Shown here piece after piece: positions 46,617 to 54,561 of a stretch of 64,000 bases of DNA. Position 1 is the stretch's first letter. Every line of letters starts with the position of its first letter. Under the pieces are notes generated by a model. The model was not told the DNA's origin and did not search any database. It saw only the letters and a program-made list of their open reading frames with translations. A program made the position numbers and the translations under genes. The DNA is from a virus: positions 30,963-94,962 of the IMG/VR virus record IMGVR_UViG_3300046787_000206, one strand, 5' to 3'.

Positions 46617-47198
46617 ATGAGTGGATTGATTTCACCTGATGGTAAACCACTAATTGGTTCTAAAAAGATTGAGGGACCAGTAATCCGTCTGTTGCTGTGC
46701 CTCGAGTGCAAGACACTCGAAGAGCTGCCAGACTACGAGGGCCCAAGCAACCACGACTACCTGTTGGAGATTGCTGTAGAGAAGCACAAGAGCCCATACT
46801 CAGGAGAACCTCACAACGGGAAGCTGTTCAAGCTGCCAGTCAAGGTCTGGGGTAATGGAGAGCAGCGTGAGGCAATTCTAAAGGAGTTGTCTGACGGAGC
46901 CCGTGGTCTAAACGCACTGAACCCAGACGATGACCCAGAAAAGAGCTTCTACCAAGTCAAGATGCAGTTTGCGGAAGACGCAATGGCGTGCTGGATGAAG
47001 CACAACCAGCCAAAGAATGACTGCGATGACTACCAGAAGCCCTCCAAGCGCCTACTACCAGACACCGCAAAGGAACGTGGTGAACTAGGTCTGCCTAAGC
47101 CAGAGCACCTGGAAGGCCCAAAGATTTACACATGCAATTTCTGCCCGTATCACGGAGAAGTTGTACAACGTAAACGTCGCATCCTCGGATTATATTAG
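46617..47198 (+). CDS. Cys/His-rich metal-binding protein
   Basis: AAGGAG RBS; CLEC, CWMKH...CDDY, CNFCPYH. Confidence 0.75.
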   Translation: MSGLISPDGKPLIGSKKIEGPVIRLLLCLECKTLEELPDYEGPSNHDYLLEIAVEKHKSPYSGEPHNGKLFKLPVKVWGNGEQREAILKELSDGARGLNALNPDDDPEKSFYQVKMQFAEDAMACWMKHNQPKNDCDDYQKPSKRLLPDTAKERGELGLPKPEHLEGPKIYTCNFCPYHGEVVQRKRRILGLY

Positions 47199-47206
47199 GA
47201 GTAACA

Positions 47207-47500
47207 ATGTCACAAGCAGAAACATATTTTCTAGTAGTAGTAAACGAAGATGGTACATTCACCACATATGCGGAGATTCCATCAGAGCTGCCAGCGGTAA
47301 CCCGCCGAGCAACAAACTACGAGGTGTACCAGACCTGTAAGTCAATCGCAGAAGAGTTTGACACCCAGATTCTAGTAGACCGCATCACCAAATCAGTGGT
47401 AGGAACGCTAATGCCACAGACACAGACCGTGGCTGATGTAGTAAAGGACAAGCTCAAGGAACGTGGGATTGACCCAGAAAGCGTAACCCCAGCAGAATAG
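47207..47500 (+). CDS. Hypothetical protein
   Basis: AGGAG RBS. Confidence 0.75.
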   Translation: MSQAETYFLVVVNEDGTFTTYAEIPSELPAVTRRATNYEVYQTCKSIAEEFDTQILVDRITKSVVGTLMPQTQTVADVVKDKLKERGIDPESVTPAE

Positions 47501-47509
47501 AATAGTCTT
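47498..47509 (+). promoter_or_regulatory. Possible -10 element for a leaderless mRNA
   Basis: TAGAAT-N6-ATG(47510), no SD sequence. Confidence 0.55.
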
Positions 47510-48415
47510 ATGACTATTTCTGGTGGCAACCCAACATCATACTTCAGCGCACCCTCGTCAACCTTGGACCCAAAGTTGTTCGAAGGTCGTGCGATTAAGT
47601 CGTGGGCCAGAACTGGAATTCTAAGTATCCTAGGAGATTTCCTCTCACTACGTTACCGACACCAAGACCTGTGGGCCCATGCGTGGCTCGCAGGTTCTGG
47701 TGTTTCGTACCAGTGGGAGTCTGCTAGAGAGCCAGGAGACCTAGATTGCCTAGTAGGCGTAAACTACGTTCAATTCCGTAAGGCTAACCCTACATTTGCA
47801 GGTCTAACTGACAAAGAGATTGCAGACCAACTAAACGAAGAGTTTAGAGATGAGTTGTACGGTCAGACAGAGCACTGGAATGGTTACGAGCTGACGTTTT
47901 ACGTCAACCCAGGGGCGTCGGACATTCGAACCATCAAGCCATACGCAGCGTACGACCTAAAGTACAACGAATGGACAGTGTACCCAGACCCACAGCAGTC
48001 AGCACCGACGAACCAGGAATGGGAGTCAGTAGTAGCGGCGGACAAGTCTAAGGCAGACCAGGCCTCCATTAGATTTACTGGAGCGTTAAACGCCCTACAG
48101 GTAGCGCACAACGACGCACTGCGACGCAATGCAGAGTCAAAGATGTGGGCTGCTGGACACCAGGCCCTGGCAATGTACCAGGAGATTCACACGAATCGTA
48201 GTATGGCATTTTCTCCACAAGGAAGTGGTTATGGAGATTTCCATAACTACCGTTGGCAAGCAGCCAAGCGTGAAGGCACAATCAATACGCTGCGCACGAT
48301 TCGTGAGCACCTAAAAAATATTAGTTCAGCAAGTGCATCCTCCACCTATGGAGTAGATTTGCCATCAGCGGACGTATTAGTTCGTAGAGCAGCAATCTAC
48401 AGGAACACCATTTGA
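47510..48415 (+). CDS. Pol-beta-superfamily nucleotidyltransferase
   Basis: LAGS...PGDLDCLV (hGS-x-DhD) with a later acidic residue in YELTFYV. Confidence 0.75.
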   Translation: MTISGGNPTSYFSAPSSTLDPKLFEGRAIKSWARTGILSILGDFLSLRYRHQDLWAHAWLAGSGVSYQWESAREPGDLDCLVGVNYVQFRKANPTFAGLTDKEIADQLNEEFRDELYGQTEHWNGYELTFYVNPGASDIRTIKPYAAYDLKYNEWTVYPDPQQSAPTNQEWESVVAADKSKADQASIRFTGALNALQVAHNDALRRNAESKMWAAGHQALAMYQEIHTNRSMAFSPQGSGYGDFHNYRWQAAKREGTINTLRTIREHLKNISSASASSTYGVDLPSADVLVRRAAIYRNTI

Positions 48416-48510
48416 CACTTAGTTATTGCATTATTTGCAGACACCTATTGGAATTCGGTTTATGTACCGATGAAGATTGCACATGCGATTGTCCAGAGGA
48501 TAAATATTAG
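48412..48510 (+). CDS. 32-aa Cys-rich micro-protein; not in ORF track
   Basis: TTG start overlapping the NTase stop (TTGA), AGGA RBS; MTLSYCIICRHLLEFGLCTDEDCTCDCPEDKY. Confidence 0.55.
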   Translation: MTLSYCIICRHLLEFGLCTDEDCTCDCPEDKY

Positions 48511-48519
48511 GAACAGCCA

Positions 48520-49005
48520 ATGCACATACTCGTAGAACTAGATGGCGTATTAAGAAGTAGGACCCAAGAGCCTATCGCCACTGGTATTCAGATGGTAGGC
48601 GCACTAAGTGCGTACAATCAAATCTCCTTAATGACAGATGCCTCCACCGCAGAGGTTACGCAGTGGTTGGATGTCAACAAAGTTGTAGATTTTGACAATG
48701 TGTTCGACGCATCCCTGAGCCTAGCGGGAGATGAGCTGCAGCACAGGCAGATTAAGTTTGCCCGAAGCAAAGGTAAAGTAGACCTATTCATCACTAATAA
48801 CCCCCTATTGTGGGCATATGCGTTTGATTTAGGTATCCCAAGCATTATGTTCGGAGTTCCGTCATACACACGGCCAGAGTTCCGCCCAGATGCACCACGT
48901 AAAGTACGTGCCTGGAATGAGATTGAAGAAGCAATCGAAAAGCAGAATGCCATGAGAACCCAGGATGCCAGACTCACACGCACAGAGGCGTTGAATTTTG
49001 AGTAA
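48520..49005 (+). CDS. HAD-fold protein (motif I degenerate)
   Basis: ILVELDGVL resembles hhhDxDGVL with D replaced by E. Confidence 0.65.
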   Translation: MHILVELDGVLRSRTQEPIATGIQMVGALSAYNQISLMTDASTAEVTQWLDVNKVVDFDNVFDASLSLAGDELQHRQIKFARSKGKVDLFITNNPLLWAYAFDLGIPSIMFGVPSYTRPEFRPDAPRKVRAWNEIEEAIEKQNAMRTQDARLTRTEALNFE

Positions 49006-50491
49006 AGTCATATTCGCTGGATGTGAAATTCCATCAAACCGCACACTACTGGAGCGTAGTGGAGTGGAGAATGTAATGTTGTCATACTGGGGCCTCCGTA
49101 AGCGTGGGTTGCCAAAGACAAAAGCGTACCTAATCGGAGAGCAGTTCGAACCCCACCTGAAGGTGTGGGTTGATAGTGGAGCAACGCAGGCAGACCAGGC
49201 AAACCTAAGTCGCCAAGAGCTGGAAGACTACGCCGCAGATTACGAAGAGTTTATCGCCATGAATTATGAGCGTATCGAAGGCTGGGTAGAGTTTGATTCC
49301 CAAGTTCTAGGTTTGCCGTGGATTCAGCAGCAGCGAGCAGCGTTCGAGAACGACCCGAAGATGTGGGTAGTGTGGCATGAGCAGTATAGTACCGCCCTCC
49401 TACAGAAGTGGGCAGAAGAATACCAAAACATAGCCATTACAGGGGCCGCAGTGGAGGCTGTGACGTCGCTGAGCGCCATTACACGGAGTCTAGGAGCAAA
49501 GTATCCAGTACAGTTCCATGGGCTCGCTGTGGCGAAGCCAGACAACCTCCGACAGATTCCATTTGCCACTACCAGCACATTAAGTTGGTTGTCACCAATG
49601 CGTCGTGGGGAAACAATTATATGGGACGGCATGAAGTTGGCCCGTTACCCAAAAAAGATGAAAGCCCAAGCACGACCAAGGTACAAGTCGGTAGTGGAGA
49701 AGGCTGGTTTAGATTTCAAGAAGTTCGTAGACGATGACACAACGGAAGCCACAAGGGTAGCCGTTTGGTCCTATTTACAGTTAGAGGTAGCAATGGATAA
49801 GGATAGACCTAAGTTCGGAGTCATCAAAGGTGGCAAAGTATCTGATAACAGTGATGACACCCTATACACTGGTTTGATGGAAATGGAGGGGTACCTGTCT
49901 AATAACAGTGACTCAGACATGCGGAAACTAGAACGGTCAGAAGTTATCGAAAGAGACCCATCTGAGGTAGTTTCAATGCCAGTTGTAGGCTACCAAATGA
50001 AGACCGTAGTAGAGACTGAAAATGGCATAGATGTACTAAAGGATGTCGCTGTTGTACAGTCTAATTCGACGTCGTTAAGACAGTGTGACACCTGTTTCGT
50101 AGCGGCAAACTGCCCCGCATTTAAGCCTCAAAACACCTGTGCGTTTAGTCTGCCAATAGAGGTAAAGACCCCAGAGCAGTTAAAGTCGTTGAATACCGCA
50201 TTATTAGAGATGCAGGCCCAGAGAGTAATGTTTATGCGGTTTGCAGAAGAATTGAATGGTGGATATGCGGACCCGAATGTGTCGCAAGAGATTGACCGTT
50301 ACCAAAAGATGTTAAAGAACATGAAGGAGTTGGATGAGCAAAAGGAGTTCATCCAAATCACTGGGTCACGTAGTTCGAGTGGCGGAGTATTGTCCGCTAT
50401 TTTTGGCGATAAAGTTCAAGCCATGAAAGAGTATCCAACACCGATTTCAGAGGAGCAAACTACGTACGTTATCAAAGATAAACTAGAGTAG
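48998..50491 (+). CDS. TGT/DpdA-like TIM-barrel protein fused to a Cys4 helical C-terminal domain
   Basis: MLSYW, VWVDSGA, EFD, VVWH, FHGLA, STLSW motif order; C-terminal CDTC...CP...C. Confidence 0.6.
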   Translation: MSKVIFAGCEIPSNRTLLERSGVENVMLSYWGLRKRGLPKTKAYLIGEQFEPHLKVWVDSGATQADQANLSRQELEDYAADYEEFIAMNYERIEGWVEFDSQVLGLPWIQQQRAAFENDPKMWVVWHEQYSTALLQKWAEEYQNIAITGAAVEAVTSLSAITRSLGAKYPVQFHGLAVAKPDNLRQIPFATTSTLSWLSPMRRGETIIWDGMKLARYPKKMKAQARPRYKSVVEKAGLDFKKFVDDDTTEATRVAVWSYLQLEVAMDKDRPKFGVIKGGKVSDNSDDTLYTGLMEMEGYLSNNSDSDMRKLERSEVIERDPSEVVSMPVVGYQMKTVVETENGIDVLKDVAVVQSNSTSLRQCDTCFVAANCPAFKPQNTCAFSLPIEVKTPEQLKSLNTALLEMQAQRVMFMRFAEELNGGYADPNVSQEIDRYQKMLKNMKELDEQKEFIQITGSRSSSGGVLSAIFGDKVQAMKEYPTPISEEQTTYVIKDKLE

Positions 50492-50549
50492 TTTTATCTG
50501 ATAACAGTGTTACTCACGACATGAATCGTGTTGGACCTGTATATAGGGG

Positions 50550-50588
50550 GGTGTGGCCCCAACACAAACAACTGTGTTAGGGCCCACC
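50550..50588. terminator. Hairpin between convergent operons
   Basis: GGCCCCAACACA / TGTGTTAGGGCC imperfect stem. Confidence 0.55.
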
Positions 50589-50592
50589 TCCT

Positions 50593-51117
50593 TTAGTTTT
50601 TATACCCTGCTACTAGACGGCGTAGGCTACCAGAGAAAGAGTCTTTGGTTACTCCAGCCATGTCAGCTAACTCAGCCAAACTAAGGGTGGGGTTGTCTAA
50701 ACGTAGCTGTGCTGCTTTGAGAGTTGCTTCAGGCACATTACCATTAGCTAACTTAAGTGCGGCTTCAATCTTGCCCCTGGCCGCTTCACCAGACTTTGCA
50801 GCACGTAGGCTGTTAGACCTTGCTAACGCAATCTCCTTGTTACCTGTCTTAGGTAGTTCGTCCTCATGAATACGGCGCTTTGTACGCACACGACGAACGA
50901 CGCCCGTACGCTCTGATGTAGTGAGGCCTCCCCAAATACCCTCGTACTGATTGTCTATTGCTACCTGCAGGCAGTCAAACTTGATGCTGCAAGTAGCGCA
51001 TACCTTCTTGGCACGCTCTACTGTTCCGTAATAATCAGTAAACGGCTCAGGGAAAAACAACTCTGGGTCAGCGTTCTTACACGCAGCCTGAGTCATGTCT
51101 AACTCTTCTATGTTCAT
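50593..51117 (-). CDS. WhiB-family domain fused to WhiA-like C-terminal HTH
   Basis: N-terminal AAC..ADPELFFP, C..C.....C, GIWGG; C-terminal VPEATLKAAQLRLDNPTLSLAELA...TKDSFSGSLRRL matches the WhiA HTH pattern. Confidence 0.8.
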   Translation of the reverse strand: MNIEELDMTQAACKNADPELFFPEPFTDYYGTVERAKKVCATCSIKFDCLQVAIDNQYEGIWGGLTTSERTGVVRRVRTKRRIHEDELPKTGNKEIALARSNSLRAAKSGEAARGKIEAALKLANGNVPEATLKAAQLRLDNPTLSLAELADMAGVTKDSFSGSLRRLVAGYKN

Positions 51118-51338
51118 CGGCGCTTTGCCTTTCTTGATAGTTCAATGAATCCGTTATTTCTTAAATCTCGTTTTATGTTTTTCAAGGCACGGATGTCCGA
51201 AGGGGTTTGCGCAGAGAAAAAGAACCTTCCTAATGGAGATTGCCATTTAAAATGGCCTCCATTAGTTAGTTCTACCTGCCAACCTTGCTCTCTTGCTTGT
51301 CTTACTAGCAAGGATAGTTCTTTGTTACTTATCTTCAT
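51114..51338 (-). CDS. HicA-like (dsRBD-fold) toxin candidate
   Basis: GWQVELTNGGHFKWQSPLG...TPSDIRALKNIKRDL; ATG 51338 is the more plausible start. Confidence 0.6.
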   Translation of the reverse strand: MKISNKELSLLVRQAREQGWQVELTNGGHFKWQSPLGRFFFSAQTPSDIRALKNIKRDLRNNGFIELSRKAKRR

Positions 51339-51492
51339 AATGCTGTTCTTTCCATGCCTCATACATGTTGTCGCAGGCACATGGGTAGTAGTTGCATACG
51401 CTACACAACTCTTCGTGCTCCGTGCACTCCTGTTCACAATCCTCGCACTCGTCACAGGCCAGGTTGTTATCCATCCAGTCATTCCATCCCAT
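51325..51492 (-). CDS. 55-aa acidic protein with 8 Cys; not in ORF track
   Basis: MGWNDWMDNNLACDECEDCEQECTEHEELCSVCNYYPCACDNMYEAWKEQHYEDK. Confidence 0.6.
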   Translation of the reverse strand: MGWNDWMDNNLACDECEDCEQECTEHEELCSVCNYYPCACDNMYEAWKEQHYEDK

Positions 51493-51497
51493 GATTA

Positions 51498-51671
51498 CTA
51501 GATGCCCTTTACTGCTTCAATTGCTTCTGAAATGGTAAGCACGTTAGCCATAGAGTACTCGGTGTCAGTAGCGTCGTTAGACTTCATTGACTTGAACATG
51601 GCAACTACTTCTTCTTGCATTACTTTCTTACCCATACGGATACCCTGGGCTAGAGTTTCTGATTCAGTCAT
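51498..51671 (-). CDS. 57-aa hypothetical protein; not in ORF track
   Basis: AAGGA RBS; MTESETLAQGIRMGKK... Confidence 0.6.
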   Translation of the reverse strand: MTESETLAQGIRMGKKVMQEEVVAMFKSMKSNDATDTEYSMANVLTISEAIEAVKGI

Positions 51672-51846
51672 TTGTTTTTTCCTTTACTTGTCCATAGGTG
51701 AACACTTGTTTATGTAACTCGTTATATATTTTGGCTAGTTCCTTGCAGGCCTTCCATTCACCTGCGTGTGTGTATGCTGACTCTGCCTGCTTGAGTGCAG
51801 GGAACAGCAACTCTACCTGTTGCTTAGTTAGTTCTAGTTCAATCAC
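51664..51846 (-). CDS. Hypothetical protein
   Basis: AAGGAG RBS; overlap-coupled. Confidence 0.65.
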   Translation of the reverse strand: MIELELTKQQVELLFPALKQAESAYTHAGEWKACKELAKIYNELHKQVFTYGQVKEKTND

Positions 51847-52217
51847 AACTTATCTCCTTCTAGCCATACCTTGAATGATGCTTTATCAATCTCCCGAAGG
51901 TCATACGCCATCTTCTTAGCGGCATCCTGAAGGTGGCTTGCAGCTGCTTGCCAGCCTTTCTTGTAAGCCTTGGTTTCTTTGGCACCTGCTTCAGGATTTG
52001 CGGTCAACTCTGCAACTTGTGCTTCTAGTTGAGTAATGCGAGCATTCCGTTTAGCCAGGGTTGCTTGCAGTCCTTCAATGTGAATGTGCAGGTTTTCTAA
52101 CTTCATGTCTTGCTTACTAGGTGGTCCATCACGCCATTCATCGAAACTAATGCCGCATAGACCACAACGGTTGGCTTCTTTGTCTTCTTGTGTTACATAC
52201 ATGTGGTCGCAGTTCAT
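51843..52217 (-). CDS. Zn-finger plus coiled-coil protein
   Basis: CDH...CGLC then heptad repeats. Confidence 0.7.
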   Translation of the reverse strand: MNCDHMYVTQEDKEANRCGLCGISFDEWRDGPPSKQDMKLENLHIHIEGLQATLAKRNARITQLEAQVAELTANPEAGAKETKAYKKGWQAAASHLQDAAKKMAYDLREIDKASFKVWLEGDKL

Positions 52218-52390
52218 TTGTTCTTCTCTTCTCTTATATATCGTTCAATAACTTCTTGGGTAGCCGCATAGCGGTAGTCATCTTTATCCCAACGGTTTAC
52301 ATACTCACCATCAGGTGTAATGCCAATACTCCAACCGTCGTACACTCCACGGACTTCTATGAGGTATACATAGTCTTCTATTAGGCTCAT

Positions 52391-52621
52391 TTACTTCTCT
52401 CCTTTGATAAGAGCGATAAGCCCTTGAGTGTAGCCCCCATCGCTCAGCCCATATTTGCTGATGATGTCCTGTAGCAGTTTAATAATTCGCTGTTCTGCTA
52501 AAGACTCTCCATAACAGACAGGGCATACATCTTCATCTACATTAGTGAAGTCCCAGCCATGCTCATCACACACATACCAAGTAGAGTGCTTACCTACTAC
52601 CTCACGCATACGTTCAGCCAC
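52391..52621 (-). CDS. Small zinc-binding protein
   Basis: CDEH...CPVC; AGGAG RBS. Confidence 0.7.
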   Translation of the reverse strand: MAERMREVVGKHSTWYVCDEHGWDFTNVDEDVCPVCYGESLAEQRIIKLLQDIISKYGLSDGGYTQGLIALIKGEK

Positions 52622-52775
52622 GTTTATCTCCTATCATCCATAAGATAATACTTACACTAACTAGTACTACTGACAATGGCCAGGCATTACCGTCTATAGC
52701 CATTCCCCACACACCTACGAAGCCTACGCCTACGGCTAAGCCACGCCACACGGCTTGTTTGTGTTGGCTCATCAT
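52614..52775 (-). CDS. 53-aa two-helix membrane protein; not in ORF track
   Basis: GAGG RBS; MMSQHKQAVWRGLAVGVGFVGVWGMAIDGNAWPLSVVLVSVSIILWMIGDKRG. Confidence 0.6.
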   Translation of the reverse strand: MMSQHKQAVWRGLAVGVGFVGVWGMAIDGNAWPLSVVLVSVSIILWMIGDKRG

Positions 52776-52947
52776 GCCTCGTTCACATAGTAGTTACCAG
52801 TCAAGCCCTCGGACTCTGTGTCGTATTCGATATAGGCAAGTTCTCCCATTACAACCTTGTGTGCGGTGTCATAAGCGTCGTCTACGTTGTCTGCTTCTAC
52901 TTCTACTCTATGAGATATCAACTCATAGATGATTACTTCGTACTCCA

Positions 52948-53163
52948 TCACTCTGTTTCTACTTCATACTCTCCGTATACCTTGTGGTATGGGAAGTCAT
53001 CTTCTTGTTCTTCAATCCACACACGACTGATTTCTCCGCCATCCATGTCTTTAGTCCAGTCGTCAATCCATGCTTGTGCATCCGCTTCGTTATCGAATAT
53101 GGGTGCGTAACGTACATCTCCAGGACCATCACAATCTATGGCCCAAATTACAAACTTACTCAT
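52948..53163 (-). CDS. Small acidic protein
   Basis: AAGGAG RBS; TAATG coupling. Confidence 0.7.
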   Translation of the reverse strand: MSKFVIWAIDCDGPGDVRYAPIFDNEADAQAWIDDWTKDMDGGEISRVWIEEQEDDFPYHKVYGEYEVETE

Positions 53164-53429
53164 TAGTTGTTCTCCTTTACTAGTTCGTATACCATCTCTT
53201 CAAAGTTAGTGGCTTCACCGTTGTTGTCAAAGAAGTAGCACCCATCTTCCAGTGCCTTATACATCCACCCTGCGTCTACGTCGCAAGGAAACTCTTCGAA
53301 GATAGGCTCTAGCGCTTCTTCTTCTATGCGAGTCAAGTACTTGCGGTTCTTCATTACCTTGTTAGACCAGAACTCTGCGCTAATACGTGCAGTGCTTTCT
53401 TCTACATCAAAGGTTATGTACTTATCCAT
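53163..53429 (-). CDS. Small acidic protein
   Basis: GGAGG RBS. Confidence 0.7.
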   Translation of the reverse strand: MDKYITFDVEESTARISAEFWSNKVMKNRKYLTRIEEEALEPIFEEFPCDVDAGWMYKALEDGCYFFDNNGEATNFEEMVYELVKENN

Positions 53430-53595
53430 TACTCATCCTCCATTACATCGAAGTCCCACTTGTTATCTACAATGTGGGGTTCAAAGTCATCAGCAATCCA
53501 TTCGCTAATGAACTCTAGCGCCCCCTGTTCATCTTCTGCTTCTACTTCAATCTCATAAGTAGTTGTTCTATATGCTTCTATTAGGTACTTAGCCA

Positions 53596-53829
53596 TTAGT
53601 TGTGCTCCTCTAGGTATGTATAGATTTCTTTAAGTAGTTCTGATGTGGTTAGGTCAAGTGCATTGGCCATACACTCTAGTAGTTCGCTTGATGCTCCCTT
53701 CTTACCTGTCTCTACTTCGGACCAATGTCCAATAGAGATGTACCTACGCCCTGCGGCTTCTCGCAAGGTAAGCCCTTGTTCTGTGCGAATTTTGCGCACT
53801 GTTGCTCCTATAGCGGTTTGTAGTTTCAT
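53596..53829 (-). CDS. XRE-family HTH regulator resembling actinobacterial ClgR
   Basis: AIGATVRKIRTEQGLTLRE...SIGHWSEVETGKKGASSELL. Confidence 0.8.
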   Translation of the reverse strand: MKLQTAIGATVRKIRTEQGLTLREAAGRRYISIGHWSEVETGKKGASSELLECMANALDLTTSELLKEIYTYLEEHN

Positions 53830-53831
53830 AA

Positions 53832-54098
53832 TTAGTCCTTGTCTACTAGGTGCTGACCTTCTAGTTGAGTACTAGACAACTTACAGATTTGACACTTACC
53901 TGTAAAGATGCGGTGTACGTTCAGGTTAAAGTGCTGGGCTAAGTCCATGCGCTCGCTGGATAGGCACTCATCAATCAACTTGAACATGCTATCTGTCCAG
54001 TGAGTTGTAGGGATAATGATGTGCGAAGTGCCTGCTTCTAGCGTTAGGTTATCTCGCTTACCCCAGTTACCGTTAGATTGAAAATAATACTGCGACAT
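53832..54098 (-). CDS. Hypothetical protein
   Basis: AAGGAG RBS. Confidence 0.7.
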   Translation of the reverse strand: MSQYYFQSNGNWGKRDNLTLEAGTSHIIIPTTHWTDSMFKLIDECLSSERMDLAQHFNLNVHRIFTGKCQICKLSSTQLEGQHLVDKD

Positions 54099-54177
54099 TA
54101 CTGCTCCTTTACAATGTGAATGAACTTGAAGTTATCTTCAGTTACTAGTGGTGTGCCACCTAAGGTGGCTTGTTTTA

Positions 54178-54531
54178 TTAGTTCAACTGCTGTTCGTTCA
54201 TCAGTTGCTGTGATTTTAAGTTCGCTGTATGAACTAACTCCGTCAACATGGAAGACGTAGACTGCCATGACTCCTCCTCTACCTTTGTATTTTTAGGTGG
54301 TACTTGTTTAGTAGCGACAGGTTTTGCTTTAGGTTTTGTCGCTGATTTTTTCTTCAACGCTGGCTTAGTTAATACCTTGTTGTGCTTAGCGTTGTACTCC
54401 TTAGTGAATAGAGTCATGTCTACGTGGCATAGACAATGGCAAGTGATTGGTTTGCCATACTCAAACTCTTTTGTACAGTTAGTGTGTTGCTCTATGTCCA
54501 TGTCTGGTAAACACCAGCCGAATAAAGCCAT
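54178..54531 (-). CDS. Cys/His N-terminal domain plus Lys-rich linker protein
   Basis: GGAGG RBS; GWC...H..C...CHCLCH. Confidence 0.7.
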   Translation of the reverse strand: MALFGWCLPDMDIEQHTNCTKEFEYGKPITCHCLCHVDMTLFTKEYNAKHNKVLTKPALKKKSATKPKAKPVATKQVPPKNTKVEEESWQSTSSMLTELVHTANLKSQQLMNEQQLN

Positions 54532-54561
54532 GATTGCCTCCTATAGGTTTGTTTGTGTTGG

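Noticed and set aside
1-50491. Many alternative-frame and antisense ORFs of 60-165 aa in the track
   Set aside because: They lie inside well-supported genes and are explained by biased codon usage (for example Val-rich shadows of Gly-rich genes)
48998-50491. Confident assignment as canonical tgt or dpdA
   Set aside because: Only scattered motifs match, there is an extra C-terminal domain, and no deazaguanine biosynthesis genes are in the window, so no gene symbol was given
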